Assembly: GCA_037310415.1 (NCBI GenBank)
Contig: CP147780.1
Location: 2,368,001-2,432,000, forward strand
Length of the DNA: 64,000 bases
From: Candidatus Atabeyarchaeum deiterrae
GTDB lineage: Archaea; Asgardarchaeota; Atabeyarchaeia; Atabeyarchaeales; Atabeyarchaeaceae
Reading direction: 5' to 3'
The notes beneath the pieces are model-generated. The model saw nothing but the letters and a program-made list of their open reading frames with translations, was not told where the DNA came from and did not search any database. Of this stretch, positions 19,846-29,443 are shown piece by piece. The position numbers were made by a program, and so were the translations under genes. Position 1 is the stretch's first letter. Each line of letters starts with the position of its first letter.

Positions 19846-20565
19846 TCACTTACGCCGCGTAGTCACAGCAAACGAAGCAATCAATATCGCCGCAAACCCA
19901 ACGCAACCAACAATGATGTAGACCGCCATAGGATCGCTACCAGAACTCACTGTAGCAAGGGACATAGATGTTATAGTCCAATTGAACCATCCCCCAAAGA
20001 TCATCCCTTGCTGCATGAATACGTTTGCCTTCACCGTTAACCCTGTAACCTTGTCCCAATACATTTCATATCCTTCTATAAAATCTGTGTCTGTGCGGTA
20101 GTAACTAGAATTCATGAAGCCATCTATGACCAAGAGGTAGCCTCTGTAGTTGACAGTCCTCTGCGATCCTGCAACATCTATCACCATAGTCTCGTTGATC
20201 GCCCTGTAGTAGCCTCGATAGTTCGATATCACGTCTCCCACCGTCAGATTTGCCGCAAGGACGTACGGCACAACATAGTCGTTATAATGCTGAACGTCAA
20301 AAGTGCAATGCCATGTGTCAGCTATCGTGCCACTTGAGTGCAAGAAGATCACATCGTATGAGACTGAAGTTCCTTCGATTCTGGTGATCGATATATTGAA
20401 TATATCCCAGTCAGGGAAAGCCGTGCAAACAAGACTGTAGCTCGCCATATCTCCTACGTGGACACCAGGAGACCTGTCAGTTGCGGCTTTAGCGCCATTT
20501 ATTGCAGTGGAGAATGCCAGAATCGCCAATAGTACCACGAATGCGAAGATCTTCTTTTTCACCAA
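19846..20565 (-). CDS. Secreted/surface protein with signal peptide and C-terminal TM anchor
   Basis: Signal peptide, GVHVGDMASYS, NLTVGD, YWDKVTGLTVK, C-terminal TM followed by TTRRK; paralogue of 5598-6284. Confidence 0.8.
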   Translation of the reverse strand: MVKKKIFAFVVLLAILAFSTAINGAKAATDRSPGVHVGDMASYSLVCTAFPDWDIFNISITRIEGTSVSYDVIFLHSSGTIADTWHCTFDVQHYNDYVVPYVLAANLTVGDVISNYRGYYRAINETMVIDVAGSQRTVNYRGYLLVIDGFMNSSYYRTDTDFIEGYEMYWDKVTGLTVKANVFMQQGMIFGGWFNWTITSMSLATVSSGSDPMAVYIIVGCVGFAAILIASFAVTTRRK

Positions 20566-20758
20566 CGGATTGTCTCCTCCAGCTTTTACCCTCCGTCGTT
20601 AGACAGTTCTGTCTGAAATGTTGTCGGCAAAAGTGCCTATATAAGTCTAACTTATATTGTTGCTTTGCCTCCGTTTTGGACATCTAAGTCCTACCTTGTA
20701 AGATATTGGATAGGTGGCTTCAAAGACCGCAGTTCACTGTATGCGACTACAAAGGTGA

Positions 20759-21688
20759 GTGAACGTGTTGGTCAGTCTTCGAGAAATCCTTGCTCGGATA
20801 GTTCCTTCGCAGGAAGCTCGGTTAATGTATCATTCTTATGATATAGTCGGTGATATTGCGATAGTCAAGATACCCTGCGAACTCGACGAGTACGAAGCAC
20901 AGATCGGGAAAGCATTTCATGAGGCACGTCCCAAGTTGAAGTCGGTGTTCAGAGTCGTTGGGGAGACAGAGGAGATTGAACGCAACCGGAAACTGAAGCT
21001 GATTTGGGCTAGACGACTGCCATCTGAAGGAAATGTTCAAGCTGACCCAGAGACCCTCGGTCGCACGGTTTACCGTGAACATGGTTGCAGATTCGCTGTA
21101 GACGTTAGGAGAGTGTTCTTCACACCAAGGTTATCATATGAGAGAATGAGAATTGCGAAGCAAGTGAAACCGGGCGAAGTTGTGGCGAACATGTTTGGCG
21201 GTGTCGGAACCTATGCAATCATCATAGCCAAGACGTGTCCAGAGGTCGGGAGAGTCTATACGATCGATGTTAGCCAGCTTGCGCATCAGCTTGCCAAGGA
21301 GAACACTATCATTAACAGGTGTCAAGGCAAAGTCATCTCCATTCTGGGAGACGCTCAGAAAGTTTGCAAGGACCAGTTAAAGGGAGTTTGCGATCGAGTG
21401 ATAATGCCGCTTCCAGAACATGCTAGCTCATTTCTAGATGGCGCCGTAGCGGCGCTTAAAGAAGGAGTCGAGTGCGTGGTGAACTACTATACTCAGATCT
21501 CGGGAAAGGAAGTAGAAGGGAAGGTAGACAGTGCCATCCAAAAGACTGAGGCTCAAATGAGGGACTTTGGAGTCAAGGAATTTGAAGCAGATAAGTGGCG
21601 AATTGTTCGTGAAGTTGGTCCTAGAAGATATCACGTATCTATAGACTTGATAGTTACAGTGAGTCAAGGTGCGAGTTCCTTGAAGTAG
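20759..21688 (+). CDS. Trm5/Tyw2-family tRNA SAM-dependent transferase (position-37 modification)
   Basis: YDIVGDIAIV, EHGCRFAVDVRRVFFTPRLSYER, NMFGGVGTYAI and DRVIMPLP motifs. Confidence 0.85.
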   Translation: MNVLVSLREILARIVPSQEARLMYHSYDIVGDIAIVKIPCELDEYEAQIGKAFHEARPKLKSVFRVVGETEEIERNRKLKLIWARRLPSEGNVQADPETLGRTVYREHGCRFAVDVRRVFFTPRLSYERMRIAKQVKPGEVVANMFGGVGTYAIIIAKTCPEVGRVYTIDVSQLAHQLAKENTIINRCQGKVISILGDAQKVCKDQLKGVCDRVIMPLPEHASSFLDGAVAALKEGVECVVNYYTQISGKEVEGKVDSAIQKTEAQMRDFGVKEFEADKWRIVREVGPRRYHVSIDLIVTVSQGASSLK

Positions 21689-22590
21689 ACTAGCTCACTG
21701 GGCTCATCCTTGTCCACTTTGAAACCGATCTTCTCCAAGGATGCAAGTACACCCTCATCAAAGCATGTCCAGAGGTCGACACTTTCAAGATGCTTGCTTG
21801 AGGCGAGATTCAGGAAAGATTTGGCCAGCTTAACAGCAATCTCAGCATCGTCATAGTCCATGTAGCAAGATTGAAGACCTTTCCTATTCCATATCCTTCT
21901 CATACTGTTGTCAACGATCATGACGCCACGGATCTTATCGTTCTCTGCGTACACTAATACTCTTTTCTTCGAAATGAACTTGCGCAATTCCTGTTCATTG
22001 AGGCTGAACCATACGAAGAGGATGGTAAAGAGACCGCCACACTGACTGTAGATTGGGGATCCTTTAATGTGTCTCCAGATTTCCGTTGCAGATTCCTTGT
22101 CCGCCACCTTGACGTTGTTCAGTAGCTCTATGTCTTTCATTCGCGCTACTTTTCTTCTCATCAGGGAGAATTTCGAAAGTAGTGTGAATCCCAGATTCGC
22201 GAATAGGGCTTGGGCAGGCAAATTTGTCTCGTAAGTGGCCAACCTGATTGTCTTCGCACCCATCTTCATCGCTGTTTTCACGCATTCTGTCATCATGGCT
22301 GAGGCGATCCTCTTTCTCCTATGTCCTGGGTGGACTCTTAGCCCTTGAATCCAAGCCTCTCTTTCACTAGTCTGTCTGACAAATACGATCCCAACGACGA
22401 CCCCATTCCTCTCTGCTGTGATCAGTCGACCTGACTTGTCCCCGAACCAAGTATTGAACCTTCGACCGACATAGTCGCCCCAAGAAAAAGTGTTCTGAGT
22501 AAACTTGAGCACTTGAGCGCGGTCTTCTCTCTTGGCGCTTCTAATCACAAGTTCAACCATGATTCTGTGCACCTCGCTTATGAATCTCAC
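21664..22590 (-). CDS. GNAT-family N-acetyltransferase
   Basis: GLRVHPGHRRKRIA acetyl-CoA motif and NLPAQALFANLGF. Confidence 0.85.
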   Translation of the reverse strand: MRFISEVHRIMVELVIRSAKREDRAQVLKFTQNTFSWGDYVGRRFNTWFGDKSGRLITAERNGVVVGIVFVRQTSEREAWIQGLRVHPGHRRKRIASAMMTECVKTAMKMGAKTIRLATYETNLPAQALFANLGFTLLSKFSLMRRKVARMKDIELLNNVKVADKESATEIWRHIKGSPIYSQCGGLFTILFVWFSLNEQELRKFISKKRVLVYAENDKIRGVMIVDNSMRRIWNRKGLQSCYMDYDDAEIAVKLAKSFLNLASSKHLESVDLWTCFDEGVLASLEKIGFKVDKDEPSELVYFKELAP

Positions 22591-22879
22591 CTCATCTATA
22601 CTGGACCTGAGTGGAATAGGTTTTTGGGTTTAGCAGAAGCTAGGCTGAGAAGTGAACCGACAACAAGACTAGAAAAAGACAAAGAAACAGTCTGTAAGAA
22701 CGCCCTTTGATCAATTCGCAAGACCCAGAAGAGTTTTCCAAGGATTGTGTATCCTTCCACCTATGGAGAAAACTAAGACAGATGCCGATTCCCCCAGCGA
22801 ATTTCATGGGAATCGACTTGATTGGACCGCGCGCTTTTCTCATATCACTGGGGCTGGCGTCGTGAAAACGGTTCTATTC

Positions 22880-23017
22880 TTATTGTGCAGATCTCAGTAT
22901 CTCCAAGACAATCATTATTACCCCAGCGATAAGCATGCCGGCTGTATAGCTGTCATAGGCTGAAACTAGATTCGACAATTTCCTCTTTAAGCTAGTTTTG
23001 ATTCCTATCGCTACCAT
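22880..23017 (-). CDS. Putative 45-aa single-pass membrane microprotein
   Basis: ATG 23017 gives MVAIGIKTSLKRKLSNLVSAYDSYTAGMLIAGVIMIVLEILRSAQ: basic N-terminus then a TM helix; sits in an otherwise empty gap. Confidence 0.4.
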   Translation of the reverse strand: MVAIGIKTSLKRKLSNLVSAYDSYTAGMLIAGVIMIVLEILRSAQ

Positions 23018-23125
23018 ATTGTTGTCATCACTACTATTCGGACTTTTACGTCCAACTATTGTACGAGCATAAAACACTATTTAAGGATAAGGTGTGACAT
23101 CTCTAATTGATGGGCATGTATCATA

Positions 23126-23767
23126 GTGCCTTCCCCAAGGAAAGTGGTTTTCATAATAGTGTTTGGAATTGTTGGCAGTCCGAAGAAGAGCGGCAACGTA
23201 GATCTTCTCGTATCCGAAGTGTTGAGAGGTGCCGCGAGCCAAGGAGCAGAAACACATAAGATCTACTTGAATGACTTACATATCAGACCTTGTCAGAGTT
23301 GTGGAGTCGATCCTTACCCCAAACACTGTCTTTTAGAAGACGACATGAAAGTTGTATATTCTGCGCTAGAAATCTCTGATGCATTGGTCCTGGGTTCGCC
23401 GGTATATTTCGATTCCGTAAGTGCACAGACCAAGCTTATGATAGATAGGATTAACTGCCTGATGCCCTTCGTGGAGCGAGCGGATGGAACATCTGGCTTT
23501 GAGAGAAGATTGAATAAACGTAAGAGGGGCATCTTCATAGCCGTTGCGGGAACAGAGCAGGAGTTCAACACGATTTCCACGACAGTGAAGGGTTTCTTCA
23601 GTTGGGCAAATGTCGAACTTATCGAATCGATTCTCTACCCGCATGAGGATAGCAAATTGGGCAGCGTAGCGAAAGACCTAGGAAAAATGGATCAAGCTTT
23701 CCAAGTTGGGGTTCGGATCACTGGAGATGAAGCGGCCGCGAAGGGGAAGAAAAAGAAGAAGACTTAG
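23126..23767 (+). CDS. Flavodoxin family / iron-sulfur flavoprotein (NADPH-dependent FMN reductase-like)
   Basis: GSPKKSGN, CQSC...C and LGSPVYFDSVSAQTKLMIDR motifs. Confidence 0.85.
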   Translation: MPSPRKVVFIIVFGIVGSPKKSGNVDLLVSEVLRGAASQGAETHKIYLNDLHIRPCQSCGVDPYPKHCLLEDDMKVVYSALEISDALVLGSPVYFDSVSAQTKLMIDRINCLMPFVERADGTSGFERRLNKRKRGIFIAVAGTEQEFNTISTTVKGFFSWANVELIESILYPHEDSKLGSVAKDLGKMDQAFQVGVRITGDEAAAKGKKKKKT

Positions 23768-23891
23768 CTAGTCTTGGCTGGATTCTTTGCGACAACCATG
23801 ATTTCGATCTCAACCAAGTCGATTGTTCGTTTCCCCACGTTGCCTGCCATGCCGCCCCCGCGAAGTCTGATAATCAGTACGTTCTACCTCG

Positions 23892-24239
23892 TCATGATCT
23901 AATCATTGTCAAAATCATCTTGAATCGCCCTAGTGCCTTGAGGGCATGTGGCTTCTTTGCTGGCATCAGGATCATTTCACCTTCCTTCACGTTGAAGGGT
24001 TTGCCTGCGATGATGATTTCTGCTTGTCCATCGAGAATCTGAACCATCGCATCGTATGGTGCCGTATGTTCGCTTAGACCTTGTCCTTCATCAAAGGCGA
24101 ACAGAGTCACCGTTCCCGTCTTTCTGCTAACTATTTCGCGGCTCACAACGGAACCATCATGGTAGTCCACTAGGTCAGTCAACTTTGCGGGTCGTGCTTC
24201 TAGCCTTGCCTGTGTCTTGCCTTCTTTGTTTTTTGCCAA
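23892..24239 (-). CDS. Cupin-domain protein
   Basis: TLFAFDEGQGLSEHTAPYDA and MPAKKPHAL motifs. Confidence 0.9.
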   Translation of the reverse strand: MAKNKEGKTQARLEARPAKLTDLVDYHDGSVVSREIVSRKTGTVTLFAFDEGQGLSEHTAPYDAMVQILDGQAEIIIAGKPFNVKEGEMILMPAKKPHALKALGRFKMILTMIRS

Positions 24240-24309
24240 GAATTATCATCTCATAGATTTGAATAGCATCTCTGAGACATCTCTATTCTTTTACACTTGT
24301 GGTCTCTAC

Positions 24310-25227
24310 CTAGAACAGTTCTCCCTTGGCAACATTTATCACTTTTCCACCCACATGGACGTCTATTCTTTCTCCCATTCCTTCCGCCTTGAGAAGAAGT
24401 AGTGAAGGTCTTCCTATCTCATATCCTTGCTCGACGCGGATGTTGATGTTAGGTTTCCCGAAGTAGAGATGCTTCACTAGGTAACCTGCCAGACAACCAT
24501 TTCCACTACCTGTGGCAGGATCTTCTGGGATTCCATAGTAGTCAACGAAAACTCGGACACTCAGATCGTTTCCCGATTTGTGTGTTTCACGGCAAAAGAC
24601 AAGTATCGACTTGGCTTCTATCCTGTTTATTAGCTCGAGGTGCTTTTCTCTCACAATCCTGACTTTCTTCAGTGTCTCTAAGTTCCTCAGGGGGACTATT
24701 AGGAAAGGCACTCCGGTCGATACTTCTTCGATTGGAACTCTGGAGTCTATCTCGTCAGCATCTATTCCTAGAACTTGACAGACCATATCCTTTTCGAGGG
24801 TATGACCGAAAATTGGGGGTAATTGATGCATCCAGAGAGTATCTGGCTCCTTTCCCGCGTAGCTGAGGCTAACATGGATCTGACCGACTTTCAGGTTCAG
24901 TATTATCTCTTTTACTTCTCTTCTGATGATTTCGCGTTGGATTATGTAGGCTGTTCCTAGTGTTGGATGTCCAGCGAAAGGCAGTTCATTGGCGGGCGTG
25001 AAGATGCGAACATTATATCCGCCGTCCTGTTTCACGTCTGACAAGATGAAAGTGGTTTCCGAGAAGTTCATCTCTCGCGCGATATGTTGCTTCATTTTAT
25101 CAGGTATCGCTTTGGCGTCTCTGACAACTGCGAGTTGATTGCCGGCATATTTCTCTTCAGCAAAAACATCTACAATATGGTAAGGGATCTTCTTCATTGT
25201 TAACATCACCAATTGATTGTTTTTCAT
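24310..25227 (-). CDS. PhzF-family isomerase
   Basis: GNQLAV, NFSETTF, ELPFAGHPTLG, EDPATGSG and EQGYEIGRPS motifs. Confidence 0.92.
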   Translation of the reverse strand: MKNNQLVMLTMKKIPYHIVDVFAEEKYAGNQLAVVRDAKAIPDKMKQHIAREMNFSETTFILSDVKQDGGYNVRIFTPANELPFAGHPTLGTAYIIQREIIRREVKEIILNLKVGQIHVSLSYAGKEPDTLWMHQLPPIFGHTLEKDMVCQVLGIDADEIDSRVPIEEVSTGVPFLIVPLRNLETLKKVRIVREKHLELINRIEAKSILVFCRETHKSGNDLSVRVFVDYYGIPEDPATGSGNGCLAGYLVKHLYFGKPNINIRVEQGYEIGRPSLLLLKAEGMGERIDVHVGGKVINVAKGELF

Positions 25228-25232
25228 ATTCT

Positions 25233-25808
25233 CTATAACTTACTAGTTTTGTCAGCTTTCATGCTACTCCATTCGTAGTCAAGAATTGAATATGGAAATG
25301 AATCACGCCACTTTCCGCCTTGCATTCTGTAGTCTCTCAGACGGCCCTCTCGTTTCATTCCGATCTTCTCCATAACACGGGATGAGGCGATATTCTCCAC
25401 GTCGCACCAAGCTGAAATTCTATGCAAGCCCAATTCCTTGAAACCGAAATCGAGAAGCGCTAGTGAGGCTTCCGTTGCGTATCCTTGTCCCCAGAAATCT
25501 CTGCTGAAGATGTATCCAATCGACCCTTCGCGGTTCTGTGGATCTGATATGCTGATTCTGCATCCGCCTATGAGGATATTCTCCTCCTTCAAAGTCACTG
25601 CCAGAGAATAAATCGTACGCGGTTCCTGCTTTTGAGACGCGATTGTGCGCTGTATGAAATCTTTAGAATCCCCTTTGGTATTTGGACCCCAGCCTACGTA
25701 GCGAACTGTTTCTGGATCAGAGGCATAATTATGAACCGATATCCAATCATCTTGAGTGAAGTCTCGTAATTTGAGACGATTGGTTAGAATAGTGAACGTT
25801 AACCTCAC
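25233..25808 (-). CDS. RimJ/RimL-type GNAT acetyltransferase
   Basis: FWGQGYATEA and ENIASSRVMEKIGMKREG motifs. Confidence 0.9.
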   Translation of the reverse strand: MRLTFTILTNRLKLRDFTQDDWISVHNYASDPETVRYVGWGPNTKGDSKDFIQRTIASQKQEPRTIYSLAVTLKEENILIGGCRISISDPQNREGSIGYIFSRDFWGQGYATEASLALLDFGFKELGLHRISAWCDVENIASSRVMEKIGMKREGRLRDYRMQGGKWRDSFPYSILDYEWSSMKADKTSKL

Positions 25809-26001
25809 CCGTGCTTGTAATCACGCAATAATCTTTTCATACGAGCTTATTTGTTTCTTCTCTATTGTGGTGCTCAATTAAAATTGATTTTCTTCTCTAA
25901 TGAGCCTATCGTTCACCGTTCACTTTGCGCTAGGTGTCTAGTTCCTCATTTACTGGTTTGTTACTCTTCCTATGTTGGAGTTTAAATAGCTTCTATGGAA
26001 A

Positions 26002-26814
26002 TTGGTGGGCAACGGGAGGTCAGCGAAGTTGCACGAGCATGGCACATATCGTTCCCAGATTCTGGTTAGTACTAGCATTAGTGACGTAGATGACATGCTC
26101 GGAGGAGGCTTTGAACCAGGGTTATTCAACCTAGTCTACGGAGAGGCGCATGCCTCTGTAACTTCGTTGTTACTATCAGCTTCTGTAACTTCTCAGCTTC
26201 CTAGCTTCAATAATGGTGCGGGGAGTAAAGTTGTCTTCATTGACGTGTGGAATAGTTTTAACCCCTACACTGTAAGCTGCAAAGCAGCGAGTTTAGGTTT
26301 AAACCCAGAGACGGTACTTGAAGGAATTCTCGTGTCAAGAGCTTTTACAAGTGGACAGGTTGAACAGCTTATCTTGAAGAAGGTTGAGGAGGAGATTGAG
26401 AGAATTGGTGCCCGTGTCCTGATCGTCTCAGGACTTCCAGCTCTACATTTAGCTGACGATCCTAAAGGGCCGAAACAGGAAACGCTCAGTAAACTTGTTG
26501 AGATTTATGGTCAGCTTCATCGCCTTAGTTTTCAGAGGAACATTGTTGTCGTAGCATCAACAGGGCTAGCTGAAAACTCTGAATATAGGCCGGCTGGAGG
26601 TAGAGCGCTATCACACTACGCGAATGTTCACTTGATGGTGAGGGAAAGACCTAGGGTTACAGAGTATATTCTCGTGAAGCACCCAGCTATCTCGGAACGT
26701 AAGGCTTTGGTTTGGAAAGGGCGACGAGCACATTTTATGCCAACTCTTGACGCATACTTCTTGAATTATCATGATAAGAGTTCCAAGTCCAATACGATTT
26801 TGGCTGGAACTTGA
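26002..26814 (+). CDS. RadA/RecA-like protein with degenerate Walker A (PolB2-associated)
   Basis: DDMLGGGF, VVFIDVWNSFNPY, ILVSRAFT, GGRALSHYANVHL and LVKHP motifs; Walker A reads GEAHASVT. The start may be TTG 26029. Confidence 0.85.
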   Translation: MVGNGRSAKLHEHGTYRSQILVSTSISDVDDMLGGGFEPGLFNLVYGEAHASVTSLLLSASVTSQLPSFNNGAGSKVVFIDVWNSFNPYTVSCKAASLGLNPETVLEGILVSRAFTSGQVEQLILKKVEEEIERIGARVLIVSGLPALHLADDPKGPKQETLSKLVEIYGQLHRLSFQRNIVVVASTGLAENSEYRPAGGRALSHYANVHLMVRERPRVTEYILVKHPAISERKALVWKGRRAHFMPTLDAYFLNYHDKSSKSNTILAGT

Positions 26815-26846
26815 GTGGACAAGGAAGAGTGGAGGCATGTTAGGTT

Positions 26847-27116
26847 TTGGGTAGAACGGTTCCAAGTTTTAGAATGGCTGTTGAACAGGAGCTTCAGAAG
26901 TGGAAGGAGTTTCGCCGAGGTTTACGGGCTGAAGAGCAAGACATCTTAGATGAATTGCTTGATGCTGTGAGGAAACATGCTGATGCTGGCTCGCTTGTCT
27001 GCTCGTCTTCTATTTCGGAGATAGCCGTTATGTCCATTTTGGTTGAGTTGACTAAGGAATTCAAGAAACTTGCAGCTAAAACTGGAGCATCTATGCCCAA
27101 GGGTGATGAGCATTGA
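26847..27116 (+). CDS. Small PolB2-associated protein (arCOG07300-like)
   Basis: MGRTVPSFR...W..FRRGLR...DEL...RKHADAG signature; lies directly upstream of PolB2 and overlaps its start (TTGA). Confidence 0.85.
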   Translation: MGRTVPSFRMAVEQELQKWKEFRRGLRAEEQDILDELLDAVRKHADAGSLVCSSSISEIAVMSILVELTKEFKKLAAKTGASMPKGDEH

Positions 27117-29443
27117 GTACTGTCGAAGGTTGGATCTTGGATGCCAATGTTGATAGTGGCAAGAATGCGCTTTCAATCTGGGTCAAAAGGAGATCTGATG
27201 GGCGGGTCGCACAGGTATTAAGTGACTGGAAACCATGCTTCCACGTTTATCCTAAGAGTTCTTTTTGGGATAACGATGGGTTAACGTATGCGATTTCTCA
27301 GCATCCCAATGTGAGTGAAGTTGAAGTTGTTGATAAGTTTTTGAGTTTAGAAGATCGTGAGAGGAGTCGAGTTGTTCAAGTTAGAGTTGATGGTGTGAAT
27401 TCATTTAAGAGAGTTGCAAAAGATGTTGAGAGACTGGGTGGCGTAGAGTTATTTAACACTGATATTTCGTTGGAGCAGATGTTCTTCTTCTCAACTAACC
27501 TCTTCCCATTTGCTTATGTTTCGCTTGACGTTGATGCCAATCACCGACTTCAAAACTATAAACTCATGGATTCCAGAATGACTGTGGAGTATGATATTCC
27601 TGCGCTGAGGAAACTCGAAATCATGTTAGATGGAGCAGGTAAGCCCGTACTCTCACCTATGGAACCAATTAAACAGATCACCTTGAAAATAGAAGACCAA
27701 GGTAAGCTCGACATACTGGTATTGGAAGGCAAGTCCGAAGACGGGTTGCTTAGAGAGTTATCGCAGAATGTAAGCAACTTGGATCCAGATGTGGTAATGA
27801 GCTGTGAAGGAGACGCTAAGCTCTTCCCTTACCTTCAAGCTAGGGTGAACGCAAATCAACTCAAGGATGAGTTCTCTTTCTCGAGGGACGGAGCACCGCT
27901 TTACCCAAACACGTATAAGCCGAGTAAAAGTGGAAACTCATACTTCAGTTATGGAAAGATGTATTATAAGCCATCTTCAAAACTGATACTTCATGGCAGA
28001 CTGCATGTAGATGGGGCTACAACTTTTCTACTTGATGAGGGTGGCCTTGAGGGACTGATTGAATCTTCTAGACTTTCGTTGATGCCTCTTCAGCAGAATT
28101 CGAGAGCAACAGTTGGTAACATGGTAACTTCGATGCAGAACTACCAAGCTTGGATTGATGATGTGTTAATTCCGGTGGTTAAGAGAAACACTGAAGGATT
28201 CAAGACTGGGACTGAATTGATTAAGCAGGATAGGGGTGGATTCATCTTCGAGCCGAAGATGGGCGTCCACCAAGATGTGGCTGAATGCGACTTCTTCATG
28301 ATGTATCCAAGCATAATGCATCACTTCAACATATCCCCTGAGACGGTGAACTGCAAATGCTGTAAGAATGTTGGCACCAAAGTCCCTGGGGTAGATCTAC
28401 ATATCTGCAGGGAACGAGTCGGTTTAGTTCCAAGAGTGGTTTCGATTCTTCTCGAGAAGAGAAGAGCATGTAAGAGGCTAATGAAGGAAGCTGAGGGTGA
28501 GAGAAAAGAGAGACTCATGAGGCTGCAAACGACAGTGAAGTGGGGCGGAGTAGTTTCTTTTGGCTACTTGGGGTTCAAGGGTTACAAGTTTGGAAAGATC
28601 GATGCTCACATAGCTGTAACAGCCTTTGCCCGAGAACTACTCCTGAGAAGCGCAGCAATAGCACAGAGAAGGAACTTCGACTTAATTCATGGGATCGTTG
28701 ATTCCCTTTGGGTGAAAAAGAATACCACTACCGCAGATCCAAGTGAGTACAAGGAGTTATGCAAAGAGATCTCAGAGGACACGGGATTACAGTTGGATTT
28801 CAAAGGGATGTACAAGTGGATAGTGTTTCTCCACTCAACCACTAACCCAGATTTACCTGTTCTCAACCGCTACTACGGTGTATTGAGTGATGGCGAGATT
28901 AGAGTGCGTGGCTTGGAAGCTCGGAAACATGATACCCCCCGATTAATTCACGATGCGCAGATGGACATGATTAAAGCGCTCTCAATCGCTTCGAACCGTG
29001 AGGAATTTATCGATGCAATTCCTAGGGCACGAAAAGTGCTTCAGGAGTACATTGAGAGAGTTTGCGAAGGAAAGGTGGATCTAGAGGACCTAGTTATATG
29101 TAGAAATTTGTCGATGTCTCCTTCAGAGTATTCTGTGATGACAAAGCAAGCAGCTGTCGCCGCGCAACTTAAAACCTATGGGGTTAATCTTCAAGCTGGG
29201 CAGAAAGCTAGATTCGTGGTTTTGAATTCAAGTGCAAGAAACCCAATTAGAAGAGTCATCGCAGCTGAGTTATCAAAACATGGTTCAAAGACTCTCTACG
29301 ACAAGGAAGAGTATGTTAAATTGTTGCGAAAAGCCTTTGACCACTTGTTTCCTCAGATAATAGAGAAGCAATTGCACAATTTCCCGAGAACCCAGTCAAG
29401 CAGCAATTCCAAGGATCTGAACCGACTTGCGCCCACCCACTAG
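27113..29443 (+). CDS. polB2: Family B DNA polymerase, PolB2 subgroup
   Basis: DRGGFIFEP, DFFMMYPSIM (motif A), NISPETVNCKCC, SFGYLG (motif B), HGIVDSLW (degenerate YGDTDS motif C) and RGLEARKHDTP; exonuclease motifs degenerate. Confidence 0.92.
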   Translation: MSTVEGWILDANVDSGKNALSIWVKRRSDGRVAQVLSDWKPCFHVYPKSSFWDNDGLTYAISQHPNVSEVEVVDKFLSLEDRERSRVVQVRVDGVNSFKRVAKDVERLGGVELFNTDISLEQMFFFSTNLFPFAYVSLDVDANHRLQNYKLMDSRMTVEYDIPALRKLEIMLDGAGKPVLSPMEPIKQITLKIEDQGKLDILVLEGKSEDGLLRELSQNVSNLDPDVVMSCEGDAKLFPYLQARVNANQLKDEFSFSRDGAPLYPNTYKPSKSGNSYFSYGKMYYKPSSKLILHGRLHVDGATTFLLDEGGLEGLIESSRLSLMPLQQNSRATVGNMVTSMQNYQAWIDDVLIPVVKRNTEGFKTGTELIKQDRGGFIFEPKMGVHQDVAECDFFMMYPSIMHHFNISPETVNCKCCKNVGTKVPGVDLHICRERVGLVPRVVSILLEKRRACKRLMKEAEGERKERLMRLQTTVKWGGVVSFGYLGFKGYKFGKIDAHIAVTAFARELLLRSAAIAQRRNFDLIHGIVDSLWVKKNTTTADPSEYKELCKEISEDTGLQLDFKGMYKWIVFLHSTTNPDLPVLNRYYGVLSDGEIRVRGLEARKHDTPRLIHDAQMDMIKALSIASNREEFIDAIPRARKVLQEYIERVCEGKVDLEDLVICRNLSMSPSEYSVMTKQAAVAAQLKTYGVNLQAGQKARFVVLNSSARNPIRRVIAAELSKHGSKTLYDKEEYVKLLRKAFDHLFPQIIEKQLHNFPRTQSSSNSKDLNRLAPTH

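Noticed and set aside
25810-26001. DNA-damage-responsive operator upstream of the PolB2 cassette
   Set aside because: Only short AT-rich matches that cannot be told from background without comparative data.
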